Shown here: positions 36,013 through 44,992 of the stretch, piece after piece | Layout of the letters: each line of letters starts with the position of its first letter | Numbering within the stretch: position 1 is the first letter of the stretch | From: an uncultured Syntrophus sp. | GTDB taxonomy: Bacteria > Desulfobacterota > Syntrophia > Syntrophales > UBA8958 | Assembly: GCA_964571695.1 (NCBI GenBank) | Contig: CAZNDG010000012.1 | Coordinates: forward strand, 2,296 to 66,295 | Reading direction: 5' to 3' | DNA length: 64,000 nt | Made by a program: the position numbers and the translations under genes | The notes under the pieces: generated by a model | Seen by the model: only the letters and a program-made list of their open reading frames with translations | What the model was told of the DNA's origin: nothing | Database searches by the model: none

Positions 36013-37993
36013 GTCGGGTAAAGGACTGGCGCGGTTCCTGGGCATATTCCCGGCCCGTTTCCAGCCCCTCCCCATAGGAACTGCTCGTGAGGTTTTCCCT
36101 CAAGCAGCTCGCCCAGCAGTCTTCTCCGAAAGGGTTATGAGTCCTGGTGATGTCAGCGGCCACTTTCACGAATAGGCCTCCACGTTTTGCAGGGGGTGGA
36201 TTTTCCAATCCCAAAACAGCCCCAACACGCCATAGAGATACTCGTTACTCCACCGCCGCCAACCCACGCTTCGTTTCTGCCTGCGCTTTCGCCGTGTCAG
36301 CAGTGTCCTGACCTTCATTTCCAGATAGTCCCGGACTTCGCTGAATGCCCGACTTGAATTGCCAACCCGGAAGTACTCAACCCATCCGGCCAAGCTGGCA
36401 TTGATCCTCTTGATCAAGTCTTCAGCAGGGGTGGCTCCCCCGAGTTGAATGATCTCTCGAATCTTTGCCTTGATGGCCTTGCGGGCTTTCTTCTTCGGTG
36501 TCAGCAAAATGTAGTGCCGGGTCTTTTCACGGTTCAATATACGCCGGAAATCAAACCCGAGGAATCCAAAGGTACCACCATCAAGCATGTTCACCACCTT
36601 CGTCTTCTCCATGTTCAGCTTCACACCTAACGGCTCTATCTGTTCACAGAGGCGTTGCAGGGCTCTTTCCGCCCAGCCTCGCTTGGTATGGTGCCCGCTT
36701 ACGGTTATCACAATATCATCAGCAAACCGATGATAGTTCACAGCCTCGTATTCCCCCTTCTGCTGTCTTGCGCCGTATCCCATCAAAGTACCAGTCCACG
36801 TCGTTCAGGTAGATATTGGCCGCCAATGGGCTCAATGGCCCTCCTTGCGGAACGCCTATTTTCCCTGTTGTCTTCAATATCACCTTCACGAGGTGCAGCA
36901 CTTGGGGGTCTTGGACCCGTCGCGCTATTTTCTCCAACAGGATGTCGTGCCTGATCGTGTCGAAGTATTTGGATAGATCGACGTCAATCACCAAGATCAT
37001 CCGTCGGAGGATACTTCTTCGGACTTCCGCAAGGGCGCGGTGCGGCGATCGCTTCGGTCGAAAACCGTATGAGTTCGGACAGAAATCCGCCTCGAAGATA
37101 GCTTCGAGAACCCACTTCAGCGCCCCTTGCACCACGCGATCACGGATACTCGGAATCTGAAGGGTGCGGGTCTTGCCGTCCCCTTTTGGTATTTCTACAA
37201 AACGATTCGCTTGTGGTTGGTAATTTCCTGCCATAAGGTCATCTCGAATGGACTGGAGGAATGTCTCCACTCCCATTGCATCGACGTCTTCGAAGCTCTG
37301 TCCGTCGATACCCGGGGCGCCGCCATTCCTCTTTGCCAAACGGTATGCCTCCGCAAGTACTTCGATCTTCGTCACATGCACGAAGATCCCCCAAAAACGA
37401 TCTCTTTCTCAGGCTTCGCCTTTCGGTAAATCCGTCGGCGCAACTCCTTCAAACTGATGGGTGCCTTTGTCATTTCACCCTTGCCTCGTTTTGCCAAAAC
37501 GGAATATCTGCCGGTCCGGGTCCATCCCTCCCCGTGCGTTTTACTGCGCACAGATCATAAGTACTACGACCCGATCCGCCACCCTGACGCCATTCCCGCC
37601 ACTTCCCACTCAAGGTTATAGGCCGGAACTCCTCATCGAGGTTTCTTCGACGGGTGTCGAGGGCTTCTCCAGTTTCCGCATAATCCTTCGTACCATGTCG
37701 CCGCTGATACCCCGCCGGTGAGAGATAGCGTACATGACTCATCACCGCCATCTCTTGCTGCCTTCGCGCGTTATCGACCGTCTCGGCCACCGGAATGCGT
37801 GTAACGAGGCTACATCTGCGTTTACTGTACGTTACAACCTGGTACGTTGCGCATCCTCCTTTCAAATAATGTTGTCGAAGGGCTTTACCGTCTTGCTTTC
37901 GCGCCACGGCACCTTCCAAGCTACAAGGCCCTGAGTCTTTTAGCCTCGGTCGGACTTTCACCGACTGGATTATGCGTCCTTGTCTGGACACAC
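36013..37993 (-). mobile_element. bacterial group II intron (1981 nt) inserted in the sense strand of the IS4 transposase
   Basis: The 5' end is GTGTG (GUGYG consensus). Domain V is GAGCTGCTTGAGGGAAAACCTCACGAGCAGTTC. A domain VI-like helix has an unpaired A 7 nt from the 3' end, and the 3' end is ...CCCGAC (AY). Removing the intron restores CRWQVEIFFGWWK. Confidence 0.85.
36166..37473 (-). pseudogene. group II intron-encoded reverse transcriptase/maturase with two frameshifts, no endonuclease domain seen
   Basis: MTKAPISLKELRRRIYRKAKPEKE is in frame 1. RFWGIFVHVTKIEVLAEAYRLAKRNGGAPGIDG...GVPQGGPLSPLAANIYLN is in frame 2. QKGEYEAVNYHRFADDIVI...GWVEYFRVGNS is in frame 3. Confidence 0.8.
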
Positions 37994-39295
37994 CCACCTG
38001 CCAGCGGCAGCGATAGAGATCGGCAATCGTTAGAGCGGGCAGGGTAAAATTGTTGGTCAGGAACACAAGAGTTTTCTTGTTCTTTGAATATAAGTACCGA
38101 ATGCGGCGGAGTTTTTACGGATAATCCTTTTTGGCGTAGTAGCCCTTGAGGATAACAATCTGATCGCATTGGACCCCGGTGGATTTGTCGACGGGTATGG
38201 AGTAGAGGCGTTTTCGGCTGAAGTTTTTCTTTGCCCTGGTGACAAAAAATGCCGAGGTTTGATGGATTTTGTGGAGGCGTGCAAAATCGAGATAGCCGCG
38301 ATCCATAACGTAGATGGCGCCGGTTTCGATGATCAGGTTGTCGAGGATATTGACGTCGTGAACCTTTCCTGTTGTGATGATGATCACAGAAGGAATGTTT
38401 CCGTGCAGATCCAGGAGGGTATGGAGTTTTACGGCACCTTTCCGTTTTCGAAATTCCGCACATGGGAAAAGGGCCAGACAGAGATCGATGGTAGTCGGGT
38501 CCAAGGCGTAAACTGCTTGATCCAGTTCGACCCCAAAGGAATCTTCGACATAAAGTTTTCTGGCCCTGGCAATGAGTATTTGAGCGAAATCGGCATAAAT
38601 TCGCCAATCTCTGGTCTGATTGGCATGGGCAAGGGTATTGCGAGACACCTTCCCCCGGATGCCCAAATGATAAAGCCGGGACGGGGTTACCCGCAGGCAG
38701 GCCTGAATATCTCTCAGGCTTTCCCAGTAGGTGAGCTGAGCAAACGCCATGCAAAGATATTGGTCCCAGCAGGAAAAGCTGATCACTTTGTGATTGCCGT
38801 TGTATCGATCGACGCATTTTCGGAACTCGTATGCGGGGACAAAGTCCATTAACTGGGCAAAGATCGTTTTCCCGGAATTCATTCGCCATCTCCTTTTTCA
38901 GTGATGGCGGAGATTGGCATATCCGAGAAAAATTTTTCAAATCGATAAATGAGATTTTACGCTATAAACGAAGAGATTTTATGATGTTACGGTGTCATCA
39001 AAAATCAACGTTGGGACACCAGTGATAACATGCAAGACAAATCTCCACTTAAAATCCTCTGGCGAAAAAAAAGGGCATGGAATTGCTAAGGCTTACAGAA
39101 AGCCTTCCGGCCCTTGCGGGTGACGGATTCCGTGACCAATTTTGATTTTTTGGCATAAAACAAGACATCTGTCGGGCGTCCTTCCGTATTCGAGTTTTAG
39201 CGCCATCAGAATACCAGCTTTGTTTTAATGTAAAGAAAATTTTGCAACTAAAAACAGGTTTGCAATCTGGCGCCACTTGTGCCATAAAGATTTAA

Positions 39296-39550
39296 ATGAA
39301 CGCGAAGAACAAGAAAACCCTGGCCCTGATCTTTGAAACGCCCACAAGGGCTGACATTTCCTGGACTGCGGCTGTATCCCTGATTGTGAGTATCGGAGCA
39401 TCCATGAAAGCGGGTCGCGGGTCGCGGGTGCGGTTTAAGTATCAAGGTCACAGTCTCCATATTCATGCTCCGCATCCGGGAAAGGTGGCTTCCAAAAGCA
39501 CCGTTGAAAGCATAAGGGATTTTTTGACGATCACAGGGGTTAGGCCATGA
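39296..39550 (+). CDS. hicA: HicA-like toxin
   Basis: The 84-aa protein reads KTLALIFETPTRADISW...GRGSRVRF...HAPHPGKV and resembles the HicA subfamily found upstream of HicB. There is an ATGA overlap with the next gene. Confidence 0.6.
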   Translation: MNAKNKKTLALIFETPTRADISWTAAVSLIVSIGASMKAGRGSRVRFKYQGHSLHIHAPHPGKVASKSTVESIRDFLTITGVRP

Positions 39551-39903
39551 AAAACTCTATGCAATATAAGGGGTTTACGGGTAACGTGCAGTTTGACGCC
39601 GATGAGATGCTTTTTTATGGCCGTGTCCTTGGCCTGAAAAAAGCGATTATCGCCTATGAGGGAAAGACCGTCGATGAACTGGTGAAGGATTTCCAGACTG
39701 GCGTTGACGATTACCTTGATATGTGCGCTGAGGAAGGCATCGAACCGGAAAAGCCTTTCAAGGGAACTTTCAACATCCGTATAGAACCGGCGCTTCATGA
39801 GAGGCTTGTCGTCAATGCGATGAATGAAGGCGTGACGCTTAACGCCTATATCAAATCGGCATTGGAAAAGGCCGTTGATTCCCATAGTCGTTCTTCTTCC
39901 TGA
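39547..39903 (+). CDS. hicB: HicB-family antitoxin
   Basis: MQYKGFTGNVQFDADEMLFYGRVLG...VDDYLDMCAEEGIEPEKPFKGTFNIRIEPALHERL has a HicB N-terminal fold plus an RHH-like C-terminus. Confidence 0.75.
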   Translation: MKNSMQYKGFTGNVQFDADEMLFYGRVLGLKKAIIAYEGKTVDELVKDFQTGVDDYLDMCAEEGIEPEKPFKGTFNIRIEPALHERLVVNAMNEGVTLNAYIKSALEKAVDSHSRSSS

Positions 39904-39997
39904 AAAATCATTCGTCTTTGATTGCCGATTCAGTTTTATTCGAAATGCGCCACATTTGTCGCACCCTGTCCAGGTCCGCGCTCTCAACCGGCCCGCC

Positions 39998-40288
39998 TTA
40001 GCAATCTTTGATTTCCGCCGTCACTCGCTGTTCGTAGGGTGCGGCATTGAAAAGATCGTTCTCCAAGACATCCCGTGCCTTAACGAGCAAGAGGGCAGCC
40101 CGACCAATTTTTTCCATCGCCTTAAGGTCTTTCAATCCCTGATGGTCGAAAATAAGACAGAAAAGGCAATTCATCATGCACAAACATTCCCGCATGGCAC
40201 CTGCTGCATCCTGATGCTCGCCAACTGTTAATCCCTTTTTCAATTTTTCCTTCAAAAGGTCGGGTGATCTTATGCTTTCAATGGGCAT
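39998..40288 (-). CDS. hypothetical protein (weak call)
   Basis: This AT-rich ORF starts right after the tRNA terminator. I do not recognise a family and the start is uncertain (40288 or 40360). Confidence 0.3.
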   Translation of the reverse strand: MPIESIRSPDLLKEKLKKGLTVGEHQDAAGAMRECLCMMNCLFCLIFDHQGLKDLKAMEKIGRAALLLVKARDVLENDLFNAAPYEQRVTAEIKDC

Positions 40289-40363
40289 CGCTGCTACCCC
40301 GGGGAAGATGTTTTGCTCTAAGGAGGATGTTGCAAGACGAGAAAGTACAGCATGAGACAAACG

Positions 40364-40396
40364 GCAATAAAAAACCCGATGATTTTCATCGGGTTT
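40364..40396 (-). terminator. rho-independent terminator downstream of tRNA-Ala
   Basis: The minus strand reads AAACCCGATG-AAAAT-CATCGGGTTT followed by TTTTATTG. Confidence 0.7.
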
Positions 40397-40428
40397 AATA
40401 CGTCCTCGGACATCCTCGGACTATGTCT

Positions 40429-40504
40429 TGGTGGAGATGAGGGGGCTCGAACCCCTGACCTCGGCATTGCGAACGCCGCGCTCTCCCAGTTGAGCTACAT
40501 CCCC
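40429..40504 (-). tRNA. tRNA-Ala (anticodon CGC), CCA encoded
   Basis: The minus strand reads GGGGATGTAGCTCAACTGGGAGAGCGCGGCGTTCGCAATGCCGAGGTCAGGGGTTCGAGCCCCCTCATCTCCACCA. It folds as a cloverleaf with a G3:U70 identity pair and anticodon loop TTCGCAA. Confidence 0.93.
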
Positions 40505-40759
40505 TTGTTGTCACGGTAGGCGGGGCGCCGTTGCCGCCGCCGCTTTTCTGAACTGCCTCCATATATGATTTCCCGTGTCGCTGTCAAGGGGGCAAATCCA
40601 CGGTAAAGTTGTTCTGGACTAAACAGGCTGAAAACAGCGGATTTTTTGTCGCCCAAGTAATATCAACTACTTGTGCGGAGAACAAATTTAACCTGGGGAC
40701 AAATCATTGGGGACGTAATCGGGCTTCCCCCTCGCCGAGAGGTCAATTTTATTTGAATC

Positions 40760-40788
40760 TTGACAAGCCCTGTCCATTTTCCTATACT
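40760..40788 (+). promoter_or_regulatory. sigma-70 promoter upstream of pilT
   Basis: TTGACA (40760-40765), a 17-nt spacer and TATACT (40783-40788) lie 26 nt before the pilT ATG. Confidence 0.6.
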
Positions 40789-40814
40789 CCCTCGAAACTA
40801 ACGGGAGGGTTACC

Positions 40815-41897
40815 ATGGCAAAAATCGACGCCTTTTTCCAGTTGATGAACGAACAGGGGGCCTCGGACCTCCATCTCGTCACGGGGCAGCAGCCGGCGAT
40901 CCGCATCCGGGGGGAAATCGAGCGGATCAAATACGACCTGCTGGACAACGACGGTCTCAAGGCCATGCTTTACGAAATAGCCCCGGAGCACAAAATCAAG
41001 CAGTTCGAAGAGACGGGAGACGTCGATTTCGCCTATGAAATTCCAGGCCTGGCCCGCTACCGCGCCAATTTCTTCATGCAGAAGTGGGGCTGCGCCGCCG
41101 TCTTCAGAGAGATCCCCAGCAACATCCTCACCTCCGAGCAGTTAGGGCTCCCCGCGGTGGTCTCCAAACTGGCCTCCCTGCCCCGGGGGCTGGTTCTCGT
41201 CACCGGCCCCACCGGCAGCGGCAAATCCACCACCCTGGCGGCCATCATCGATCAGGCCAACCGGACCCGGAAGGACCACATCATCACCGTGGAAGACCCC
41301 ATCGAATTCGTCCACAAGAGCCAGCAGTGCATCGTGAATCACCGGGAGGTCGGGGTCCACACCAAGAGCTTCTCCTCCGCCCTCCGCGGCGCCCTCCGCG
41401 AGGACCCGGACATCATCCTCGTCGGCGAAATGCGGGACCTGGAAACCATCCGCCTGGCCGTGGAAGCGGCCTCCACGGGTCACCTCGTCTTCGGCACTCT
41501 CCATACCACCTCCGCCGCCAAGACGGTGGACCGGGTCATCGAGGTCTTCCCCGCCAGCGAACAGGCCCAGATCCGCTCCACCCTCGCCGACGGTCTCCGC
41601 GCCGTGGTCGCCCAAGTCCTCTTCAAACGCATTGATAAGAAGGGCCGTTGCGCCGCCCTCGAAATCCTCATCGCCACCTCCGCCGTCCGGAACCTGATCC
41701 GGGAGGCCAAAACCTTCCAGATCGCCTCCATGATCCAGACGGGAAAGAAGTATGGGATGCAGCTTCTTGACGACGCCATTTACGAGTTGGTCAACAAGGG
41801 CTGGATCGACCCCGATGAGGCTTACGCCAAGGCCAATGACAAGACTAAATTCCGTCCGCTGCTGAAAAAGCCCCCGGCGGATTTCACCGACGCGTAA
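40815..41897 (+). CDS. pilT: type IV pilus retraction ATPase PilT
   Basis: ASDLHL, Walker A GPTGSGKSTT, ITVEDPIEF, Walker B ILVGEMRD, GHLVFGTLHT and the AIRNLIRE box are present. Confidence 0.9.
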   Translation: MAKIDAFFQLMNEQGASDLHLVTGQQPAIRIRGEIERIKYDLLDNDGLKAMLYEIAPEHKIKQFEETGDVDFAYEIPGLARYRANFFMQKWGCAAVFREIPSNILTSEQLGLPAVVSKLASLPRGLVLVTGPTGSGKSTTLAAIIDQANRTRKDHIITVEDPIEFVHKSQQCIVNHREVGVHTKSFSSALRGALREDPDIILVGEMRDLETIRLAVEAASTGHLVFGTLHTTSAAKTVDRVIEVFPASEQAQIRSTLADGLRAVVAQVLFKRIDKKGRCAALEILIATSAVRNLIREAKTFQIASMIQTGKKYGMQLLDDAIYELVNKGWIDPDEAYAKANDKTKFRPLLKKPPADFTDA

Positions 41898-42046
41898 AGA
41901 CGGGCAGCGCCGGAAGCATTTACCGGCAGCGCTCACGGGAAGGATTTGATTCCCGATGCCGAGGCAACCCCGATAAGGCAAGCCGAGGTAACTATAGAAC
42001 TTTATAGCCATCCACCAATAATAGCGATCAGGGAGGAAAGCTTGAG

Positions 42047-43225
42047 ATGAGAAAACAGGAAATCGACTTCATTTTAGGAAAAATGCTCGACTCCCACGGC
42101 AATGTATCGGATCTGAACATCACTGTGGGCAAGCCTTTTCAGGTCGAGGCTTCCGGACAGTTGACCGGGGTGGAACTCGATCCGCCCCTTAATAAACTGA
42201 CGCCCTTCCAATCGGAAATATTCGCCATGAACCTGATCAATCAGGACCGCCGCCTCACGGAAACCCTCATTGCCGAAGGCTCCTGCGACTCGTCCTACGA
42301 ACTGCCCGGCAAGGCCCGTTTCCGCGTCAACATCTTCTCCCAGCGAGGAAATTACTCCATCGTCCTTCGTAAGCTGGAGACCCGGATTCCCACCTGTGAG
42401 GATCTGAATCTCCCCGGGGCCTTCTACAAGATGGCGGAGGAAAAGAACGGGATCATCCTGGTAACCGGGGCCACGGGAAGCGGGAAATCCACCTCCCTGG
42501 CCGCCGTCCTGGACAAGATCAACGACACCAAGTCCGTTCACATCGTCACCCTGGAGGACCCCGTGGAATTTTCCCATCCCCACAAGAAGGCGACCTTCAA
42601 CCAGCGGGAAATGGGAAATGATTTCGACACCTTCGCCAGTGGTCTCCGGGCGGCGCTCCGCCAGGCCCCGAAGGTCATTCTCGTCGGGGAAATGCGGGAC
42701 CGGGAGACGGTGGAAATCGGCCTGTCCGCCGCCGAAACGGGCCATCTGGTCGTCAGCACCCTCCATACCGTGGACGCCGGTCAGACCATCAACCGCATCC
42801 TCGGCATGTTTTCCACGGAGGAGGAAACCCAGATTCGCATCCGCCTCGCCGATACGGTCCGCTGGATCGTCTGCCAACGCCTCCTGCCCAAGGTCGGCGG
42901 CGGCCGGGTGGCGGCCTTCGAGATCATGGGCTCCAATCTCCGGATCAAGGATACCATCCTTCACGGCGAATCGGAGGGAAAAACCTTCTATGAAATCATC
43001 CAGGCCAGCAAGGCCTTCGGGATGATCACCTTCGACGACTACATAGTGGAGCTTTACGAGAAAGGCCTGATCACCGAAGAAACCGCCCGGGCCTATGCCT
43101 CCAACAAGGGCATCGTCGGCCGGGGCATCGATTCCGTGAAGAGCACCAAAGGCGAGGCGACCACGGAACTTGGCAAGCTTGCCATCGACAAGGACTACGG
43201 AAAGCAGAAACCTAAATGGCCGTAA
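42047..43225 (+). CDS. PilT-family ATPase paralogue (PilU-like)
   Basis: GATGSGKSTS, TLEDPVEF, ILVGEMRD and GHLVVSTLHT are present. The C-terminal tail is longer than in PilT. Confidence 0.85.
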   Translation: MRKQEIDFILGKMLDSHGNVSDLNITVGKPFQVEASGQLTGVELDPPLNKLTPFQSEIFAMNLINQDRRLTETLIAEGSCDSSYELPGKARFRVNIFSQRGNYSIVLRKLETRIPTCEDLNLPGAFYKMAEEKNGIILVTGATGSGKSTSLAAVLDKINDTKSVHIVTLEDPVEFSHPHKKATFNQREMGNDFDTFASGLRAALRQAPKVILVGEMRDRETVEIGLSAAETGHLVVSTLHTVDAGQTINRILGMFSTEEETQIRIRLADTVRWIVCQRLLPKVGGGRVAAFEIMGSNLRIKDTILHGESEGKTFYEIIQASKAFGMITFDDYIVELYEKGLITEETARAYASNKGIVGRGIDSVKSTKGEATTELGKLAIDKDYGKQKPKWP

Positions 43226-43331
43226 TCACGACGCAGCGCATATCGCCGGCGAACAACCAGGACAAGATCCTGGCAGGCGGGGGCATTTATCTAAACTCTC
43301 GATATTTTCTTAAGGGGGACGGACGAAACCA

Positions 43332-43847
43332 ATGGAAGAGCAGAAGACTTTGGCCAAAGACGTAGCAGCGGCGGATTACAACGCCTCGGATATGCCCTTC
43401 GACTTCGTCGAGGAGGGGGCGCAAACCGCTCTGATCTGTGAAGCCGACGGGTCGGTGCGGGAAAAGATCGTTGCCGACATGAAGGCGGCGGGATACCAGA
43501 CCAGCGAGGCGGCAAACGCCCGGGACGCCTTGAAAAAGACCCGGTTTCACGTTTACGACGTCGTGGTCGTAAATGAACGCTTCGACGCGGACAACCCCGA
43601 CGCCAACGACATTCTCGTGTATTACGAGGCCCTGCCCATGACTACGAGGCGCCGGTCCTTCCTGGTCCTGCTCACGGATAGATACCGCTCCTCGGACAAC
43701 ATGGCGGCCTTCAACAAAAGCGTCAATCTCGTGGTCAATTTAAAGAACATCGACGATTTCACGGCGATTTTCAAACGGGCTTTCGCCGACAACACCGCCT
43801 TTTACCACGTCTTCCGGGAAACCCTGAAAAAGATGGGTAAAGCTTGA
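43332..43847 (+). CDS. receiver-like (pseudo-receiver) domain protein
   Basis: The pattern is a CheY-like alpha/beta fold (ALICEAD, YDVVVVNERF, FLVLLTD, LVVNLKN). The phospho-acceptor position is Asn (VVVVN) instead of Asp. Confidence 0.55.
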   Translation: MEEQKTLAKDVAAADYNASDMPFDFVEEGAQTALICEADGSVREKIVADMKAAGYQTSEAANARDALKKTRFHVYDVVVVNERFDADNPDANDILVYYEALPMTTRRRSFLVLLTDRYRSSDNMAAFNKSVNLVVNLKNIDDFTAIFKRAFADNTAFYHVFRETLKKMGKA

Positions 43848-43859
43848 GGATTTTTTTGC

Positions 43860-44822
43860 TCAGGTGGAGGAATCCTTCCGGGCGTTATCTTTCTCCTCCA
43901 GGGCCCGCTGGGCATCGGCAAGGTAGAGGAGATAAAAAGGATTTTGCGGTTCCGCCGTGACGGCCCTCTGAAAGGCCGCCACGGCTTTTTCGTGGTGTCC
44001 GGCCCCGGCCAGGGCATTGCCGAGGCGGTTGCAATACGCGGCGGTGAATTCCGGCCGGAGCGACATGGCCGTTTCATAGGCAGCCACCGCCGCCTCGATG
44101 TCGCCCCGGGCAAGGAGCAAATCGCCGGCAAGCAGGTGGTGGGCCGGTTCGGCGGCGTCTTCCCGGATGCACAGCGCCGCCATCCGGATCGCCGGCTCGA
44201 TATGACCCGCATCGCGGTAAACCACCGCCAAACGACCATAATAGGCGGCAGATGAAAGCGGTTCGATCTCTCCGGCCCGCCGATAGGCCGCTTCTGCGGC
44301 GTCGAATTCCTCTCCCGCCGCCAGGGCGTTTCCCAGCCGGCAGCAGGCCATGGCGTCGTCGGGCTCCAGCTCCGTCATCCGGCGAAAGACCGCCACGGCC
44401 TTGGCAACTTCCCCGGTCTTCAGATAGGCATCTCCCAGGTCCCCCATCAGGGCGTAGTCTTCCGGCTGGGCAGCCATGGCGTGTTCGCAGATTGCCACGA
44501 GACGATCATAGCGTCCTTCCCGCTTGAAGATCCGCACCAGTTCGTCGAAGGCGAATCCCGTAAAAATCTTGCGCTGGAGTTCCTTTTTTAGAAGCGCTTC
44601 AAAGCAGGCCACCGCCTCATCGAGAAAACCGCCGTCGTGATAGGCCCAAGCCAACTTCAGGACGAAGGAGTCCTCGCCGGGATGGCGGGCCACCAGCCGC
44701 CGTAAGATTTCGATCGCGTCGCCGCAGCGACCCGCCTCCAGACAATCTTCAACAAGGATCTGAAGTTCCTCGGAATTCAGATCCTCCCACCGAGGGTTGC
44801 CGTCCCTATCATCTATCTTCAT
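43860..44822 (-). CDS. tetratricopeptide repeat protein
   Basis: Multiple 34-residue A/Y/L-rich repeats are present (AAYRRAGEIEP, AAYETAMSLRP, AAFQRAVTAEP). Confidence 0.8.
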   Translation of the reverse strand: MKIDDRDGNPRWEDLNSEELQILVEDCLEAGRCGDAIEILRRLVARHPGEDSFVLKLAWAYHDGGFLDEAVACFEALLKKELQRKIFTGFAFDELVRIFKREGRYDRLVAICEHAMAAQPEDYALMGDLGDAYLKTGEVAKAVAVFRRMTELEPDDAMACCRLGNALAAGEEFDAAEAAYRRAGEIEPLSSAAYYGRLAVVYRDAGHIEPAIRMAALCIREDAAEPAHHLLAGDLLLARGDIEAAVAAYETAMSLRPEFTAAYCNRLGNALAGAGHHEKAVAAFQRAVTAEPQNPFYLLYLADAQRALEEKDNARKDSST

Positions 44823-44925
44823 CGGTTCGCAACCCGTAAATATGCGGATTTCAGGCCGGGAATTATCACTCTTCTTTCTCGTCGCACCGGAGGCGATGGT
44901 GAAAAGAACCCTGCCATCCTTCCTA

Positions 44926-44955
44926 CGGAAAAAGGCCCCGGCTTGTAGCCGAGGC
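44926..44955 (-). terminator. rho-independent terminator after the HesB-like gene
   Basis: The minus strand reads GGCCTCGGCT-ACA-AGCCGGGGCC followed by TTTTTCC. Confidence 0.7.
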
Positions 44956-44992
44956 CTGTGTTTATAACTGTTTCAGCAATCACCACCCCGGC

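Larger units (their letters stand above)
35735..38882 (-). pseudogene. IS4-family (DUF4372 + DDE) transposase gene, disrupted by a group II intron and two in-frame stops
   Basis: The N-terminus is MNSGKTIFAQLMDFVPAYEFRKCV. In-frame stops are TAA at 38115-38117 and TAG at 35933-35935. The reading frame ...ADLYRCRWQV| at 37994 resumes as |EIFFGWWKRHLK at 36012. Confidence 0.85.

Noticed and set aside
35933-38117. In-frame TAA and TAG in the transposase as possible stop-codon recoding
   Set aside because: They are two different stop codons in a gene that is also intron-disrupted and sits beside a frameshifted intron ORF. Simple decay is the parsimonious reading.
39463-39987. 174-aa minus-strand ORF antisense to hicB. 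The 78-aa ORF at 39049-39285 was considered with it.
   Set aside because: No motifs are present. The first overlaps a well-supported HicB gene and the second lies in an AT-rich spacer without a ribosome-binding site.
34800-40504. Direct repeat of the tRNA-Ala 3' end marking an integrated element
   Set aside because: I looked for GGTTCGAGCCCCCTCATCTCC-like sequence at the distal end of the islet (34.7-35.0 kb) and found none by eye. The element boundaries remain undefined and no att site is claimed.
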